This document shows, piece after piece, positions 11,100-24,759 of a DNA stretch of 64,000 bases (the first letter of the stretch is position 1; each line of letters starts with the position of its first letter). Made by a program: the position numbers and the translations under genes. The stretch comes from Eledone cirrhosa (lineage: Eukaryota), in the NCBI GenBank assembly GCA_964016885.1, contig OZ024741.1, positions 321,718,001 through 321,782,000 of the forward strand, given 5' to 3'. Under the pieces are notes generated by a model. The model saw nothing but the letters and a program-made list of their open reading frames with translations, ran no database searches and was not told the origin of the DNA.

Positions 11100-14000
11100 G
11101 CGTGGAGAATCGACACCAATGTCGGATTGGTATTTTATTTATCGGCCTGATACGCGATGGGGCCTACCCACAGCCCCGGCGGAGAAGGCGTTTCCTCGAA
11201 GGACGGCAAGGGAGACGCGCTGGAAAAGCCACTCCAACTTGCGGGGCTTACACCTGCGGCTGGCCGGCTCAGCGCCTATGGTGGTGAGTAAGGAGGTAGC
11301 CCTGGGGCCAAGGACACCAGAAGTCTCCACTGCCAGGGGTAAAACTGCAAACCTGTCGGAGAGCGACCGGTATTTGAGGAGTTTGCCCTCCTCAGCCCGA
11401 CGTGCAGCAGAACCTGGGTCAGTCGCAGACTGCACTAGGTTGTGGTTGCAGAAAGTGTCGGTGCAAGTGTTATCCCAGACGAGGGGTTTGCCACCGCGGA
11501 ACGGGAAGATGGTCATGCCATCTGTCCTTTTGCCGTCCCCTCGATCCAGCCCCACCGGCTCAAGCTGGGAAGAGAAGCCTGCAGCGTCCAAGCCATGCTT
11601 AATGACCTTGTTGAGGGCAGCATGGCGTGGAATGCGGCCGGCACTGTGGCGACAGGAAAGCGGGTGGAGGCCGAAAGAGTCCACGGTGGAACCACATTGG
11701 TGTGGCTGGCAGATCCGGAAACAAGCCTCAGGGAAACGCCGATGCGTAGGCTATGGTTGTCTAGTTGCGTGCCAATGGAGAAGGAGGGCAGGGCATGGAG
11801 CCAGGCACCACTCTGGGGTTTGGAGGCCGCACGAAAACAAGCTGGCGCGTGAGCCTGTCTGACGCCAGGTTGCACTGGATGGCATCCCAAGTGCGTTGGG
11901 GGGACTTGACGTCAACAGGAGGAGAAGGAGGAGGGACGTCTACTGGGCTAAGTCCCAGCCGGTCCCACGTCTCACAGGTGGCCTCACGTTCTCTGAACAC
12001 AGAGGGTTCTGTTGTGTTTTGAAGAACCCTGCTGACGAGGACGCGGCACGAGGTTACCGACGAAAGATACACCGGCAAAGCTAGTGAGATGGGGGACCGG
12101 AGGCCAAGGCCGCCATACCTGACAGGTAAAGTGATCTGTTGCCACCCTATGTCGTCAAACTTGACGTTGCATATCCCCTCGGCTGCTGCCCGGATACAAG
12201 TATCGAGGTCAGTGAGGAGAGAAATCTGGGTGTAGCACGGAGCGCTGCGGAGGGTATAGAGAAGCTTCGGCATGGCGAAGCAGTTCCTCAGTAGAAAGAG
12301 AGCTGGGTGGCCGTCAATCAGGCCCAGTCGGCTCGTGAGAGTCTGGAGTTGTTGAAGCCTGGACCTGATGGTCGGCGGGTGGATCAGTGACCCGAGGATG
12401 AGGACATCCTCTTTGGGAGTCACCTGAACCTGGCGGAGAATGAGCCGCACGTCCCAGACGGAGGCTGCAAAGCTCGCAGCATCGAGGCTGACATTCACCA
12501 CCTCCGACTTAGCGGTGTTGACCTGGAGGCCGATTCCTACTAGGGCAGGAACCACCGATTGAAGGTCATGGCAGACCGTCCGTACGGGCCCGTGCAACGT
12601 AGCATCATCCAAATACCAAACGTTGAGAGGAGCCGTGATAATCCGGGCGATGTGGTCAATACCAAGGGCGAACAGGAGGGGTCCCAAAGGGTCTCCCTGT
12701 TGGACCCCAGTAGCCGAGGGTATGACCGTATCAGCAGCAAGGAGCATGCTCGGGGCTCCATACGACAGGTAGGCCAGCGGGTAGGCAGAGGGGGCTCGGC
12801 TGAGGCAGGCCTCGAGCAGATGATCCAGGCGTAAAAAGTTGAAGGCATTCCTCATGTCAAGCTTGACAATGAGGTACCTGGAGTCCCTGGATGCCGGTTC
12901 CGATGGGCAGCTGTTGAAGAACTGCCTGGTTGCATGAGCGGCCCCCTCACAGCCATCGGACACGCCGACACCCAGTTGCACCGGACTAAACTCCTCACCC
13001 AGTTCGTGTGTTACGGACTTGCATATCACCTTGGCAGCCAACAATGGGGCGTATGCCACCCTCTTTCTTCCTGAGAGCGGTGAGGCTGGCCGAAAAAAAG
13101 AGGCCTCGGGCGTAAGGGTCCAGGGCGCCATGGATGAACCTATTGGTGAACGCCACAATTGCACTCAGAAAGCGGCGCCCGGCCTCAGCGGAGAGGGGGG
13201 ATATCAACTCCTTGAGGTGGCCTGGTCGGAGACCATCAACAGCTCCGCAGTTGCTAGAAGGACCTGATGGCGGACATGATGTCTGCATCAGAAGCCCCAA
13301 GGAGCAAGTGGGGGTCGGGTGGGGGTATGGGTCTGAGATCAGTAGGTGGCTCAGGGTGTTTGAGACGCAGAGCAGCCAGGACCTCCTCAGTGGGTTGGAG
13401 GACAGTGTCCTCTGAGGCAACAACTCTGACTGCGGCCGAGACATCACCCATGATAAGCTTGGCGTTTACCTGGTCACGCAAACGCTTGGCGCTGGCCTCG
13501 GGGGTGGGGGATAGGGGGTACATTAAGATGGGATGTGGGGCGTCTCTGGGCACACTTAGAATGGGCGCTCGCCCAAAGGACGAGACATTGGCCTTGACGA
13601 AGGCTGCTGTTGACCGGCCGCCCCGGTCAGCGCCAGAGCTGGGGAGGCCGAGGGCGAGTGGGGCGAAATAGAACAGCCGCTCCCAGTCACTGGCTCGATT
13701 GGAGTCCAGGGCGCTCTCAATCGAGGAAGCGAGGACATCGACTACCGGCACCTGTGCCGCTCTCGGGATCCTGAGTGGGATCTTCCGGAGCCGCCTGAGC
13801 CGAGCGATGTTGACCAGCGAGGCTTAGGCGTCAGGCAAGCTCGCTGTCCCATCTGGTGGTGTGCCAGACGGCCGTGGCTGGGAAGACGTGGGGAAGAAGC
13901 ATCTCCTGCACCTCCACGCTGCGAGGGCATTTGGAAGCTCGACGAGTCAAGCCAACGCAGGTGAGGTAGTGGAAGCAGCCGCACCCCAAACAGTTCTGGC

Positions 14001-14170
14001 TCCTCTTCCGTCTGTTAGTGGTGCTGCAAGTGCTGTAGGTGTCGGCTTTGAGGGATGGGGGATGGGACGTGGGGCCGGGGACTGGGGCACCGAGCGGCAT
14101 CAGAGGTAGGTGGCTGGCGTGTGTGGGTGGAAGGGAAAGTGCTGGTAAGAGGGTCTCATAGCTCACCTAT
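11100..14170 (-). mobile_element. CRE-clade-like non-LTR retrotransposon (RT, zinc knuckle, restriction-like endonuclease), frameshifted
   Basis: GGIRPIVG, QLGVGVSDGCE, KLDMRNAFN, GVQQGDPLGPLLF, WYLDD, LPVRYGGLG, GAWLHALP, HPLSC..RHAALN and RTDG..WDNTC..KY..AVETSG are spread over six frameshifted ORFs; conspicuously GC-rich. Confidence 0.85.
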
Positions 14171-15599
14171 ATATATAGAGGTGTCAGAAAACGAGAGAAA
14201 AGAAGGGGCTTTATAGAGGGGGACACACAGAAAGGTAGAATGTTAGTAGCACGCACACATACGAGCAACTTAGTAGTTTGTCATAGAACCTTGTGGCTGG
14301 AGTTGAGTCACTGATGCTGGGGTTGGCTTCCTCTTGTTAATGGTAGAGTTGTTGTTGTTAATGTTACTGTTGTCGTCGTTGCCTTCCTCTTGTTTATGGT
14401 GAAGATATAGAGCGAAATACAAAATCCACCACCAGACAATTATATAAAAAAGTATATAGAAATAAAAGTTAACATTTCTGTCTGGGATATAAATATTTGT
14501 TTTACATTTTCGCATACATCGTAACGATATTCTCAATGGACGCGCTTACAATATTTGAATATAACTGAACTGTTGTGTCATTTAATTTGAAAAGTGGAGC
14601 AAAGTAAAAGGAGAATAGTGAATTTGGAGTGTCAGTCCCTTGTGTTTTTTTTTAATTATTTTTTTAAATTATAAATACCGGAATTACAATGACATTACTT
14701 AATGATGTTAGTCATCTATGGCTTATTCATATGTATTGGTGGATTGGCAGTATCGGTAGAGGGTCGGACGCCATGCTTTGAAGCATAGAGTTACCTCCCT
14801 TTATGATCTGAGTTCCCGCCGAGGTTAACTTTGCCTTTCATCCTTACGGGGTTGATAAACTAAAGTACCAGTAATGCACTGAGATAATTGCTGGCCTTGT
14901 GCCAAAAATAAAAACAATTATTTCATAACTCTATAGAACGTTTAGAATGTTTGTGCAGTGTTCTGTGTCCAGCCAGGTTTGTACAACAGGTAAGAAAAAT
15001 GATGATTCGGTGACGGTTTCTTCTGATAGGAGCCTCTTCCACGTCGGAAGATCGAAGTGTGTTTACTTGTCTTCTTCAATACTTTCATAAACGGCTTCGG
15101 AGATTTAAAACTTATGTTTCCATTGGTGCTTCCATTTCCACACGGTTCTATTATCGTATTTACAAAAATATATTTCTATATATTTCTTTATTTATTTCTC
15201 CTCTTTTAGTATAATATAGCGAATATTACTATACTCGACAGCGAACGATACATACAATCATTTGAACATATTTGCTGTTTTTACCCTAGCTGCTGAAATA
15301 GCTACGACATGTTCGCTAGTCGTCTTTTATGAATAGATATAAATTATGCAATATTCATTCATTATTTATGTTCAAATCCCGTCGAAGTTAACTTTGCCTT
15401 TCATCCTTACGGGGTCGATAAAATAAAGTACCAGTAATGAACTAGGTAATTACTGGCCTTGTGCCAAAAGTAGAAACAATTATTTATTCAAAGTAATCCA
15501 ACTTATTTTACTAACTGGATTAAAAGAAATAAACCGTACGCAGTCCTGTAGACCTTTCTTTATTTTAGTTTAGATTAACTAGTGGCGTAACTATTATTA

Positions 15600-16108
15600 C
15601 TAGCTGGACCCGTGAAAAAATTTCATGGATAATGCCCTCTCTCTAAATATATTACCCCCCCCCCCTCTCTATATATAAACCCATCCCTTTCTCTATTAAA
15701 ACCACCCTCTCTATATATTATAACACCCCTCTCTCTCTATATATATATTTAACCCCCTCTCTCTATATATATTTTAACCCTCCTTTCTCTATATTATAAC
15801 CCCATTCTCTCTATATATTATAACCCATCCCTTTCTTTATATTATAGACCCCTCTCTTTAAATATAGTATAACCCCCTCTCTATATATATGTATATATAT
15901 ATATAATAACCCCCTCTCTCTATATATATATAATAACCCATCCCTTTCTCTATATTATAACCCCCCTCTCTCTCTCTCTCCTTTCCAAACGTTGCAACGC
16001 TCTTTAATTTTCTTTGGCCGAAGATTGTTTACCACCCCACTTCCATTGTTTTACTGAAAGTGTGACACCCACGGTCGGACGTACGCTACGTAGGTATTAA
16101 TCTATAGA
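15600..16108 (-). mobile_element. Non-autonomous Helitron-like element with internal (CT)n/(TA)n/C-run minisatellite
   Basis: Minus strand starts TC (16108) and ends with a hairpin plus CTAG (15600). Confidence 0.55.
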
Positions 16109-17089
16109 CTAGCAGAAAACCACCCACCGGGTGGTTTTCTGCTAGTCTATATATATATTACACACACAGAAATGTATATATATTTCTTAGAACAAAATTA
16201 TTATTAATGTTTTGCTGTTCATAACAATTGGAATTGAAAAATTACTTTTGAAATTATTAGTTATTTTACTAATGCTTAGATATGTAAAAATGAAGCAATG
16301 TTTCTAATAATTGTTTCTACTTTTGGCACAAGGCCAGCAATTACCCAGTACATTACTGGTACTTTATTTTATCGACCCTGTGAGGATGAAAGGCAAAGTT
16401 AACCTCGGCGGTATTTGAACTCAGACCGTAAAGGGACGTAACTCCATGCTATGAAGCATGGTGTCCGACTCTCTACAGATTCTGCCAATCCACCGCCCTA
16501 ATGTCTGTACGTAATGAGGGAGTGAGAGGGGAGAGAAAGAAAGGCAGAGGTGAAGTGACGAAGTGACTCTCTCCTCCTCCTCCATCCCCCCATTCGTCAC
16601 AGCGATAGAGGGGAGGAATGTTAGTGTGTTACAAAGAGAAAGAGTGAGAGTGAGAGAAACAGACAGACTAAAAGAGAGGGATAGCTGGAGAAAGAGAGAG
16701 ATAGCAACCACGCGCGCACGTGTTTCCACTGTCGGACAGACAGACAGAGAAATTGCTGGTTATATATTATAAGGAGATAAGAAAAGATGTTTATATTATA
16801 GACTAGTTTATCAAGTTATATACTAAAAATAAGGTAAATGAAAAAGTTATAATGAAAAAAATTAGTTTCCTTATTTTGTCTATTCGTCTTTATTTTCTAT
16901 TTAAAGATAATAAAATCGCTTAAAAATTATATAAAGAAATATTACTTATTTAATTTTTTTTATTAAGTTTAACTAAAAACTATGAAACGTTTTCGAAAAT
17001 CTGTGAAGACAAGAGCTAAGATTTCAGAGGACAGACGCATAGAGCACTAGAAGATCAAACGGGATGTGATTAAGCAATGCTCTGATGTA

Positions 17090-17560
17090 TCTGTAGTAAG
17101 AGTTGCCTCCCTTGTCATGACAATCACATCACCGCTCTCTAGACAGGAAGTAGCTGTAGTTACTTCCCGTTGGGGTGGCAGAACCCTTTTTGTCACTTCC
17201 GGCCGGACCCTATAAAAGGGACAGGTCAGGGCGATCTCACTCTCTCGTCTCCTGAATCCCAAAGTGTTAACAACACCTGCGACCTTGTCATGAGATGACT
17301 CCTCTCTCATTTCCTTCGCTATCAAGAAGAAGAATTCCTCCCTCATTTCCTTCGCCACTCAAGAAGAATGCCACCGGCAGCCTAAGAAGATGTTAACACT
17401 TCTAATAGAAGATCTCTGTTCTTCTCCACACACTTCAGCCTAGGAGTTGTGACCAACGGGTAACCATTTATTTATATTAATCCATTTGACTTCTGTGAAG
17501 TAAAACCTTGTCACAACACACCGGCATTTATTGTCATTTCTGATAATGCATATATGTACA
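17090..17560 (+). mobile_element. Possible solo LTR-like sequence
   Basis: GC-richer block with TATAAAAG at ~17211, ETS-like CACTTCCGG and short internal repeats. TG..CA ends and TSD were not resolved. Confidence 0.35.
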
Positions 17561-17599
17561 CCGATACTAATCTCCTAAATATCTCTTGAAACGATCAGT

Positions 17600-17845
17600 G
17601 TCTCCATTGAATTGGTGGGCCCTGAGAGTGGAAAGGTTTGTTTCAGCAACTCTGGTCTCAGGAGTCACAGTCGCAGCCATGTTCAGAGAGAACCAGTGAA
17701 CTATGATCTCCACGGTATTGTGAAGGTTCCCAGGCAACCTGATGCAAGGCATGAGGCCAGGGAGATCCATAGTTGTCGTCGATGTGCGAAGGAGTGCAAG
17801 TCTCTAGCAGGCTTAAAAAGCCATATCCGAGCGTCACACATCTGA
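17600..17845 (+). mobile_element. C2H2 zinc-finger-coding fragment, probably the 3' end of a LINE ORF
   Basis: GKVCFSNSGLRSHSRSH and CRRCAKECKSLAGLKSHIRASH*; no splice structure linking it to a host gene was seen. Confidence 0.5.
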
Positions 17846-18187
17846 ATCTGACAAGCGATTGCAATATTTTCAACGTGAGTTTGCAGCCATCATTAGTGTG
17901 TCTGTTTATGTAGTTTTAAAGGGAAATAACTCTTGTGTTCCCTTTGACCTGTCAAGATCTTTTATTTTATTAAAGCAAGAGGTTGAAAATAATAATTGTT
18001 TCTTCTTTTGGCACAAGGCCAACAATTACTCAGTGCATTACTGGTACTTTATTTTATCGACCCCGTAAGGATGAAAGGCAAAGTTAATCTCGGCGGGATT
18101 TGAACTCAGAATGGCAAGGGCCGTAACTCTATGCGTCAAAGCATGGCGTCCGGCCCTCTACCAATACTGCCAATCTGAAAATAATAA

Positions 18188-19134
18188 CTAGCAGAATGGC
18201 CCGGCGTTGCTCGGGATTTGCTCTAGGGTTCTTATATATTTGATATATATTTATCCTTATCAAGCCTCGTGAAATAAATACGTTTGTTTATATTTTGTTA
18301 TTGTGTATGCAAAAATATCTGTACACGAATATATAATTATATATATATATATATATATATATTAAAATAACAGATTAAAGTTTAAGCAAAGAATCGCTGC
18401 TTTCACTCTTAACAGGATCTTCTACCTAAAAGCAGTATGAAGTACACTAAAACTAACTGATGTAATCGTTGGCTTTGTTTGTTTATATTTTGTTTTTGTG
18501 TATGCAAAAATATCTGTCAGTGATGCATGTGATTATGTAATCGACAGCCTTGTTTGTTTATATTTTGTTTTTGTGTATGCAAACATATCTGTACACGAAT
18601 ATCTATATTAAAATAACATATTAAAGTTTAAGCAAAGAATCGCTGCTTTCAACGTTAACGGGATATTCTGAAACTAAAAAAATCAATCTGTGAATGCAGA
18701 TGTAAATATTTCGAAAAACGTTGCTACCGAAGGAAAACAGGAAGACGATACTTTGGTTCGTGAAGACATTCCCTGGCATAAGAATATATATATATATACA
18801 CACACACTATATATACATATATACAGACACACACACTGATCGCGTCATAATGACGTAATGCAGACAGTCAGGCATACAGACAGATATTATAAAGGCTTGA
18901 CGTCATATCTATGTATCTATCTAAAAAGAGAAAGATTAAGATTGAGAGAAAGAGATCGCTAAATCGCCTAATGCGATCCCTAGGGCATTGAAAATTTGAA
19001 ATTTTTTGGCTCAGAACACTCAATAGGACCATAAGTATTACGTGTAAAGTTTGAAAACAATCGGTTGGGCGTTTCTCGAGTTTTAGTGATTGAACAGACA
19101 GACAAACAGACATTCTCTGTTTTAGTAATATAGA
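18188..19134 (-). mobile_element. Non-autonomous Helitron
   Basis: Minus strand: A|TCTATATTA 5' end, (GACA)n subterminal tract, and 3' hairpin CCCGAGCAACGCCGGG plus CTAG|T. Inserted at an A|T target with no TSD. Confidence 0.75.
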
Positions 19135-20148
19135 TAATAATATAATCAGTTCCACCAGCATGGTATAGCGCACTTCATCAGGCACTGGATTAGTCCCTTT
19201 CATTTTCCTTAGAAAAGATTTTAATCTCGAAATATCAGGACATATAAATAAATTAAGGTAAAACACCTAACATTTTGTTTCACTTTTTATTCGTCCATTT
19301 CACATTTTTGTAGCTTTCAAACTTAAAATTATATATATATATATTGTTGTACTTGGGGAGGGTCATATTGTTGTAATAATATTGCCAGAAATAATAACAG
19401 AACACACTCACTGTTTGGTTGGTTTTCGCTTCTGTATCTTTTATATCTCCACAGTTAATTCATTCGGTCCTCAATGTTTACCATTGACTGACCAATGGTC
19501 AAAAATATAGATATAATATAGATATAAACACATATATATAGTCTAACAAAGTTCTTTCGTTGCACATCTGCAACATCATCAGTGGCACTATTATGTTCCT
19601 CCTGTTGTATTGTATATCTACGTCATTTTCATTTTTGATATACAATACAACAGGAGGAACATAATAGTGTATATATTACTGGCAGCATACAGTAATACTA
19701 AATGTTAATACAGAATGTTATGAATGTTAATACAGAATGTTATGAATTTTTAAATAATTGTGAATGCATAGTATACTGTTATTTATAGTAGAGTATGCAA
19801 GAGATTGTTGTTACTTTCTCCAATGAAAAAAATATAAAGTATATTGCGAAATATACACATCTAGAGACTTTCAATAATGACCTTTGGTCTTTCACACTCA
19901 CTCAATATATATATATATATATATATATATCAGGGAGTGTGTGTTATGTGTGTACATGTATATGTGTATTTATAGATTTATATATATGTATACATACATG
20001 TTTTCAACTTGTACAAAAAATATTTGACTCATTCACCCTAGGGACTTTATACTGAAGAATTGACCACTAATTGATTTTACATATGTCTTTAACCCATTGA
20101 TATAAAAAAAAGTATTTGGCCAGCAGCTCCTGTGTATGTGTAAATATA

Positions 20149-22430
20149 TCATCATCATCATCATTTTACGTCCGCTTTTCCCTGCTTGCAAGGGTGGGAT
20201 GGGTCTTATTCAGCACAGCATCTCTCCATTTGTCATTTCCACCGTGAGCCTCAGCGATCTGAGGTCTGTTCTCACCACTTCCGCCCATGTTTTTCGTGGT
20301 CTACCTCTACCATGTCTTCCTTCACCCATCGGTCATCCTCCATGCGCATCACATGTCCATACCACCGCAGTCTCCTCTCTTGCACACTACATTCTATCCC
20401 TCTCAGACACGGTTTATCTCTCAACACATTCATGCTGGGTCGTTCACGCACATCCAACGGAGCATGCTTGCCTCATTTCTCTCCAGCCATCGCATATCCT
20501 CTGCAGTTGCTGCCCATGTCTCACTACCATACAGTATCGCGCTCCTCACACCGGCATCATATAACCGGCCTTTCGTACGCAGGGAGAAACCCTTCTTCGT
20601 CAGCAGAGGAAGCAGCTCCCTAAACTTCTTCCAACCCGTCCTTATTCTAGATACTATGGCCTCGGAACACCCCCTCCCATGCTAATCTGATCTCCTAGGT
20701 ACCGGAAGCTATCCACCACTTCTATAGCACCTGCCTGCATTTGTCTATCAATGCGACTTCTACTGTCTAATTTCCCTGTACATCTACTGCATATGTATTT
20801 CTCCCTACCTGTTAGTTTGCCTGCTATCCCACTACATCTCTTGTGTACCCAGGATCTGCATTGTGTGCATTTTATAGAATTTATGCCAGTTCCTTTTCTG
20901 CATATCAAACATGGCCATTTCCCTGACGGAATCAGAGTTTTGTCCTCTTTTCTACTCATCAACACTTTTGTCTTAGCTAGGTTCACTCTCAGTCTTCTTG
21001 CTTCCAACTGCTGTTTCCATAGCCAGAATTTATTCTCTAGCTCCTCTACTGATTCTGCTATAAGAACCAGATCTTCAGCATAGAGAAGTTCCCATGGACA
21101 GCCAGTCTTAAACTCCTCTGTAATTGTCTCACCAAGAAGAGGGCATCTGTTGTACTTTTCCTAGGCGCAAAACCAAACTGCATCTAATCTAGTTTGACTC
21201 TTTCTCTAATTAGTTGTGCTAATATCCTTCCTGCCACTTTCATAACCTGATCCATCAGTTTTATACCCCTATAATTGCTCCTCTCCAGAGCATCCCTTTA
21301 CCTTTGTAGCAATTTATGAGAATACTGCTGCACCAGTCTTTGGGTATGACACCACCATATATAGCCTGATTGATGATGCGTGCAACCAGTTTAGTTTCTA
21401 CGTCCTCTGATGCCTTCAGCATCTCAGCAACTATTCCCGACGGTCCAGCAGCTTTACCATTTTTCATTTCCTTAATCGTCTCTTGGACACTATATTCGTC
21501 AATCTCAATAGCTGGTCCCTCTGTCGGATTTACTGAGGGTAATTTCTCTCTGTCCCATTCGTTCTCCATATTCATCAGTCTCTCATAATGACATTTCCAG
21601 GCCTTCTTTTTCTGATCATTCGTGACACTAAGTACACCGGCATCATTCCGGACATATTTATCTCCAACAACATCCTGATTTGCATTGACACACTGCCTTG
21701 CAATGTGGAACACCGCACGCCTCTGATCTTCCCGTCGCAGAACATTGGCAAACATCCTACTCTCAGCCTCCCTGCGTGCTAAGTACACCTGACGTATAGC
21801 TTCTCTCTTAGCGGTCGTATATCCTTCTCTACTCCCACTCTTTTTCCTAGCCTTCCATGCTAGTCTTTTGTCTCTAATGGCCTTATCTACTGTGCTGTTC
21901 CACCACCAGTTCACTCTCTGTCTGGTTGGAGCTCTGCTCCAGCCACAAGTTTCATCAGTAGCCTGCAGTAAGTTGTCACGTAAGAAATTCCAGTTATTAT
22001 CTATGTCATACGTCTCTAAATCGTCTTCTTTTTCGTCATACACATCTTGAAAGGCTTTCCTAAATTTGTATTTTAGTGAAAGGTCTTTTAGCTTCCAGAC
22101 CTTTCTTCTTCACACCTTCCTGTATGTCTCATTCCATCTCTTGCTTACTGAGATATCACTAATGACTAACCTATCCCGTGGGGTACACTCTTCCCTAGGG
22201 TATGCCTAGGTATTTGACACCATCTGCCTGTCCCGCTGCCTAACTAGTAAGAAGTCAATCTGGCTTATGTGCTCGCCTGATTTGTAGGTTATTAGGTGGT
22301 TGGCAGGTTTCTGGAAGTTAGTGTTGCAAATAGTCAGTGTACTTGCATCACAAAATTCAAGAAGTCTCTCTCCTTCATTTATTGAGCCGTAACCGTGCCC
22401 ACCATGTACCCCAGTGTAACCATCCTATAT
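20149..22430 (-). mobile_element. RTE-clade LINE, truncated and internally deleted copy
   Basis: Aligns closely to 33853-36470. A deletion at ~21125 removes the RT core. (CAT)n tail on the + strand. Confidence 0.9.
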
Positions 22431-23009
22431 ATTTATTTATTCTAGAACCTTCCTTCACCTCGCTTGCTATCTTTGTATACAGTTTGCTCCTTCTCACGTC
22501 CTCGTTCCCCTCTTCAAGCCCGCAAGTATAAAATAAACCTTGCAGGGTTCTAAGGCCAGAATTTATCTATCTAATCTCTCTTTACGGACGATTTGTCGAT
22601 TTGAGAAATGTAAGCAAAACACTTGTCTTTCCATTTATTCCGTAGTCCATTTGATGAGCAGTGTTTTAAACTTCTATTTATGCCAGTCTAGAATTCTAAT
22701 TCTCCCTTTTTCTCTCGGATTTTCAATTAATATTTTACATGTTTTTAATAATATGCCTCATTCTGTTTGGACCTTCTCCTAAAGTTACCCATTTCCCGCC
22801 CACCACCATTGCTATATGGTCCAATCATAACTCAGCGGTTTATAGTAAGTTCTCTTACAAATCTGTATAGCAAAGCTACCACCTCAGTTATTACTCCTCA
22901 AGTTTAGACCTGGTTGATTTTCGGTTTGCTAGGTGGACTGCGGAATTTGGAAAGTCTGAACACTCAATGACAATGTCACAGAAAAAGATAAATTCACCTC
23001 CCGCTGCAG

Positions 23010-24120
23010 GATGAGAATGCAAGGACCCCTCTTTATTTCAGACATGGATGGCCAACATAATTCAGTCTCCCACACCCTCCCTGCCTCTCCAACCCATCCA
23101 TCCCACCCTCCCAACTTCAGAGTTGGTACCATGAATGTAGGCACATTATTGAAAGGTCGCTCAAATGAGGTTGTAGAGATGCTTGAATGTAAAGAAGTTG
23201 ATGTTTGTTGTGTTCAAGAGACTAGGTGGAGAGGTGGGTCTGCTACATTCATTGTGGGTAAAAAACGACGCTATAAACTTTTCTGGGTGGGAAATGACAA
23301 TGGGCTGGGTGGAGTAGGAATTATGTTAGCTGAAAAATGGGTAGATAAGGAAATTGACGTAAATAGAGTGAATGACAGAATAATTAAAATAAGACTAGTT
23401 CTAAATAGAACTACTGTGACAATAATATCCACTTATGTACCCCAATCTGGTCTACCTGACGTTATAAAGAACAGGTTCTATGAGTCGCTAATGTACACTA
23501 CTTCCCAAATAACCGACAGTGACTACTTAATTATTGCTGGCGACCTAAATGGTCATGTTGGCCAACATAGTGATGGCTATGATAGATTATATCCTTACTA
23601 GAAGACAAGACAAAGTGTCTGTTGTAAACACTAAATCCCTCCCCCGTGAAGAATGCACCTCCCAACATAGCCTAGTAGTTAGTGACCTCATAGTCGAGAA
23701 TAGATGTACTCGACGGCAGAGGAGGGCTACCTTGAGGAGAAGAATATGGAAGTTGAAGGATCCCATAGCCAGTGACAAATTTAAAAGCTTATTACTTGAT
23801 GCCTTTGACAATAAGGAAGAGCAATTAGAGACGTACAATATAGAGGAACAGTGGGAATTCTTGAAAGTGAACCTGCTGAAAGCAACGGATGAAATCTGTG
23901 GCTGGAGCAGACCTATTGGCAGGAGGAGAGTAACTTGGTGGTGGAACAGTAAGGTGGAGGAGACAATCAAGGCCAAAAAAGCAGGCTTGGAAAGTATGGC
24001 AGGATGGGGGAAGTAGAGAACACTATCAAGTGGCCAGGAGAGAAGCAAGGAGGCAAGTGTACCTTGCAAAAAGGGAAGCAGAGGATAGAAAGTTCAAGCA
24101 TGTTCTACAAAATGAGGACC
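23010..24120 (+). mobile_element. RTE-clade LINE fragment (AP endonuclease), related subfamily
   Basis: GTMNVGTL, CCVQETRWRG, AGDLNGHVG, DYILTR, QHSLVVSD, TWWWN. Confidence 0.85.
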
Positions 24121-24697
24121 AATTCCACCCGAGACAAGGCAGAGAGGACTCTCTTTAATCCTGGCAGGCAAACTCTCATATGTTGGTGGTATCATAAAAT
24201 ACACTTGCAGTCCATGCTGTAAAGTGGTTGGTTATAGGAAGGGCACACAGCTGTAAAACCTACAACAGACATAAAAAAACAACAAAGATTAGTGGCTGTG
24301 TGTATCAGATGATGAAAGAACACCATGGTGCTGTATGGAACAAGCTCATCCAACCCTGTACTACCATAGAAAACGGACATAGAATGATGATTGTGATAGC
24401 CATCCCATCTTTTCATTCAGACAGAGTCTATCTAGGACTGCAATATCCAATTTGTCCTTCAGACCATCTCATCTTTTCATTCAAACTGAGTGTGTCTAGG
24501 ACTATATTATCAGTGTGTCCTTTTTTTCAAATAGTAAAGTGAGATTTAAGAGAGATGTTGTTGCTATTTATATTAGGTTCAGCAACTATATAAAAACCTC
24601 TTTGTTTTCTCCACTTTAAAACTTATCTAAACTGTATCTGTGAGGAAAAATATAGGTAGTGAGAGAATTCTTGAGAGCTGTAGGTCTAGGGAGACAG

Positions 24698-24758
<61 letters not shown>

Positions 24759-24759
<1 letters not shown>

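Noticed and set aside
11098-14109. Many + strand ORFs up to 254 aa
   Set aside because: Antisense shadows of the GC-rich CRE-like element.
18868-19266. 132-aa minus-strand ORF
   Set aside because: It crosses a Helitron boundary (19134) and has no recognisable domain or splice support.
19586-19669. 33-bp perfect inverted repeat as a pre-miRNA candidate
   Set aside because: Perfect arms within a transposon fragment fit a local inversion better; no other support.
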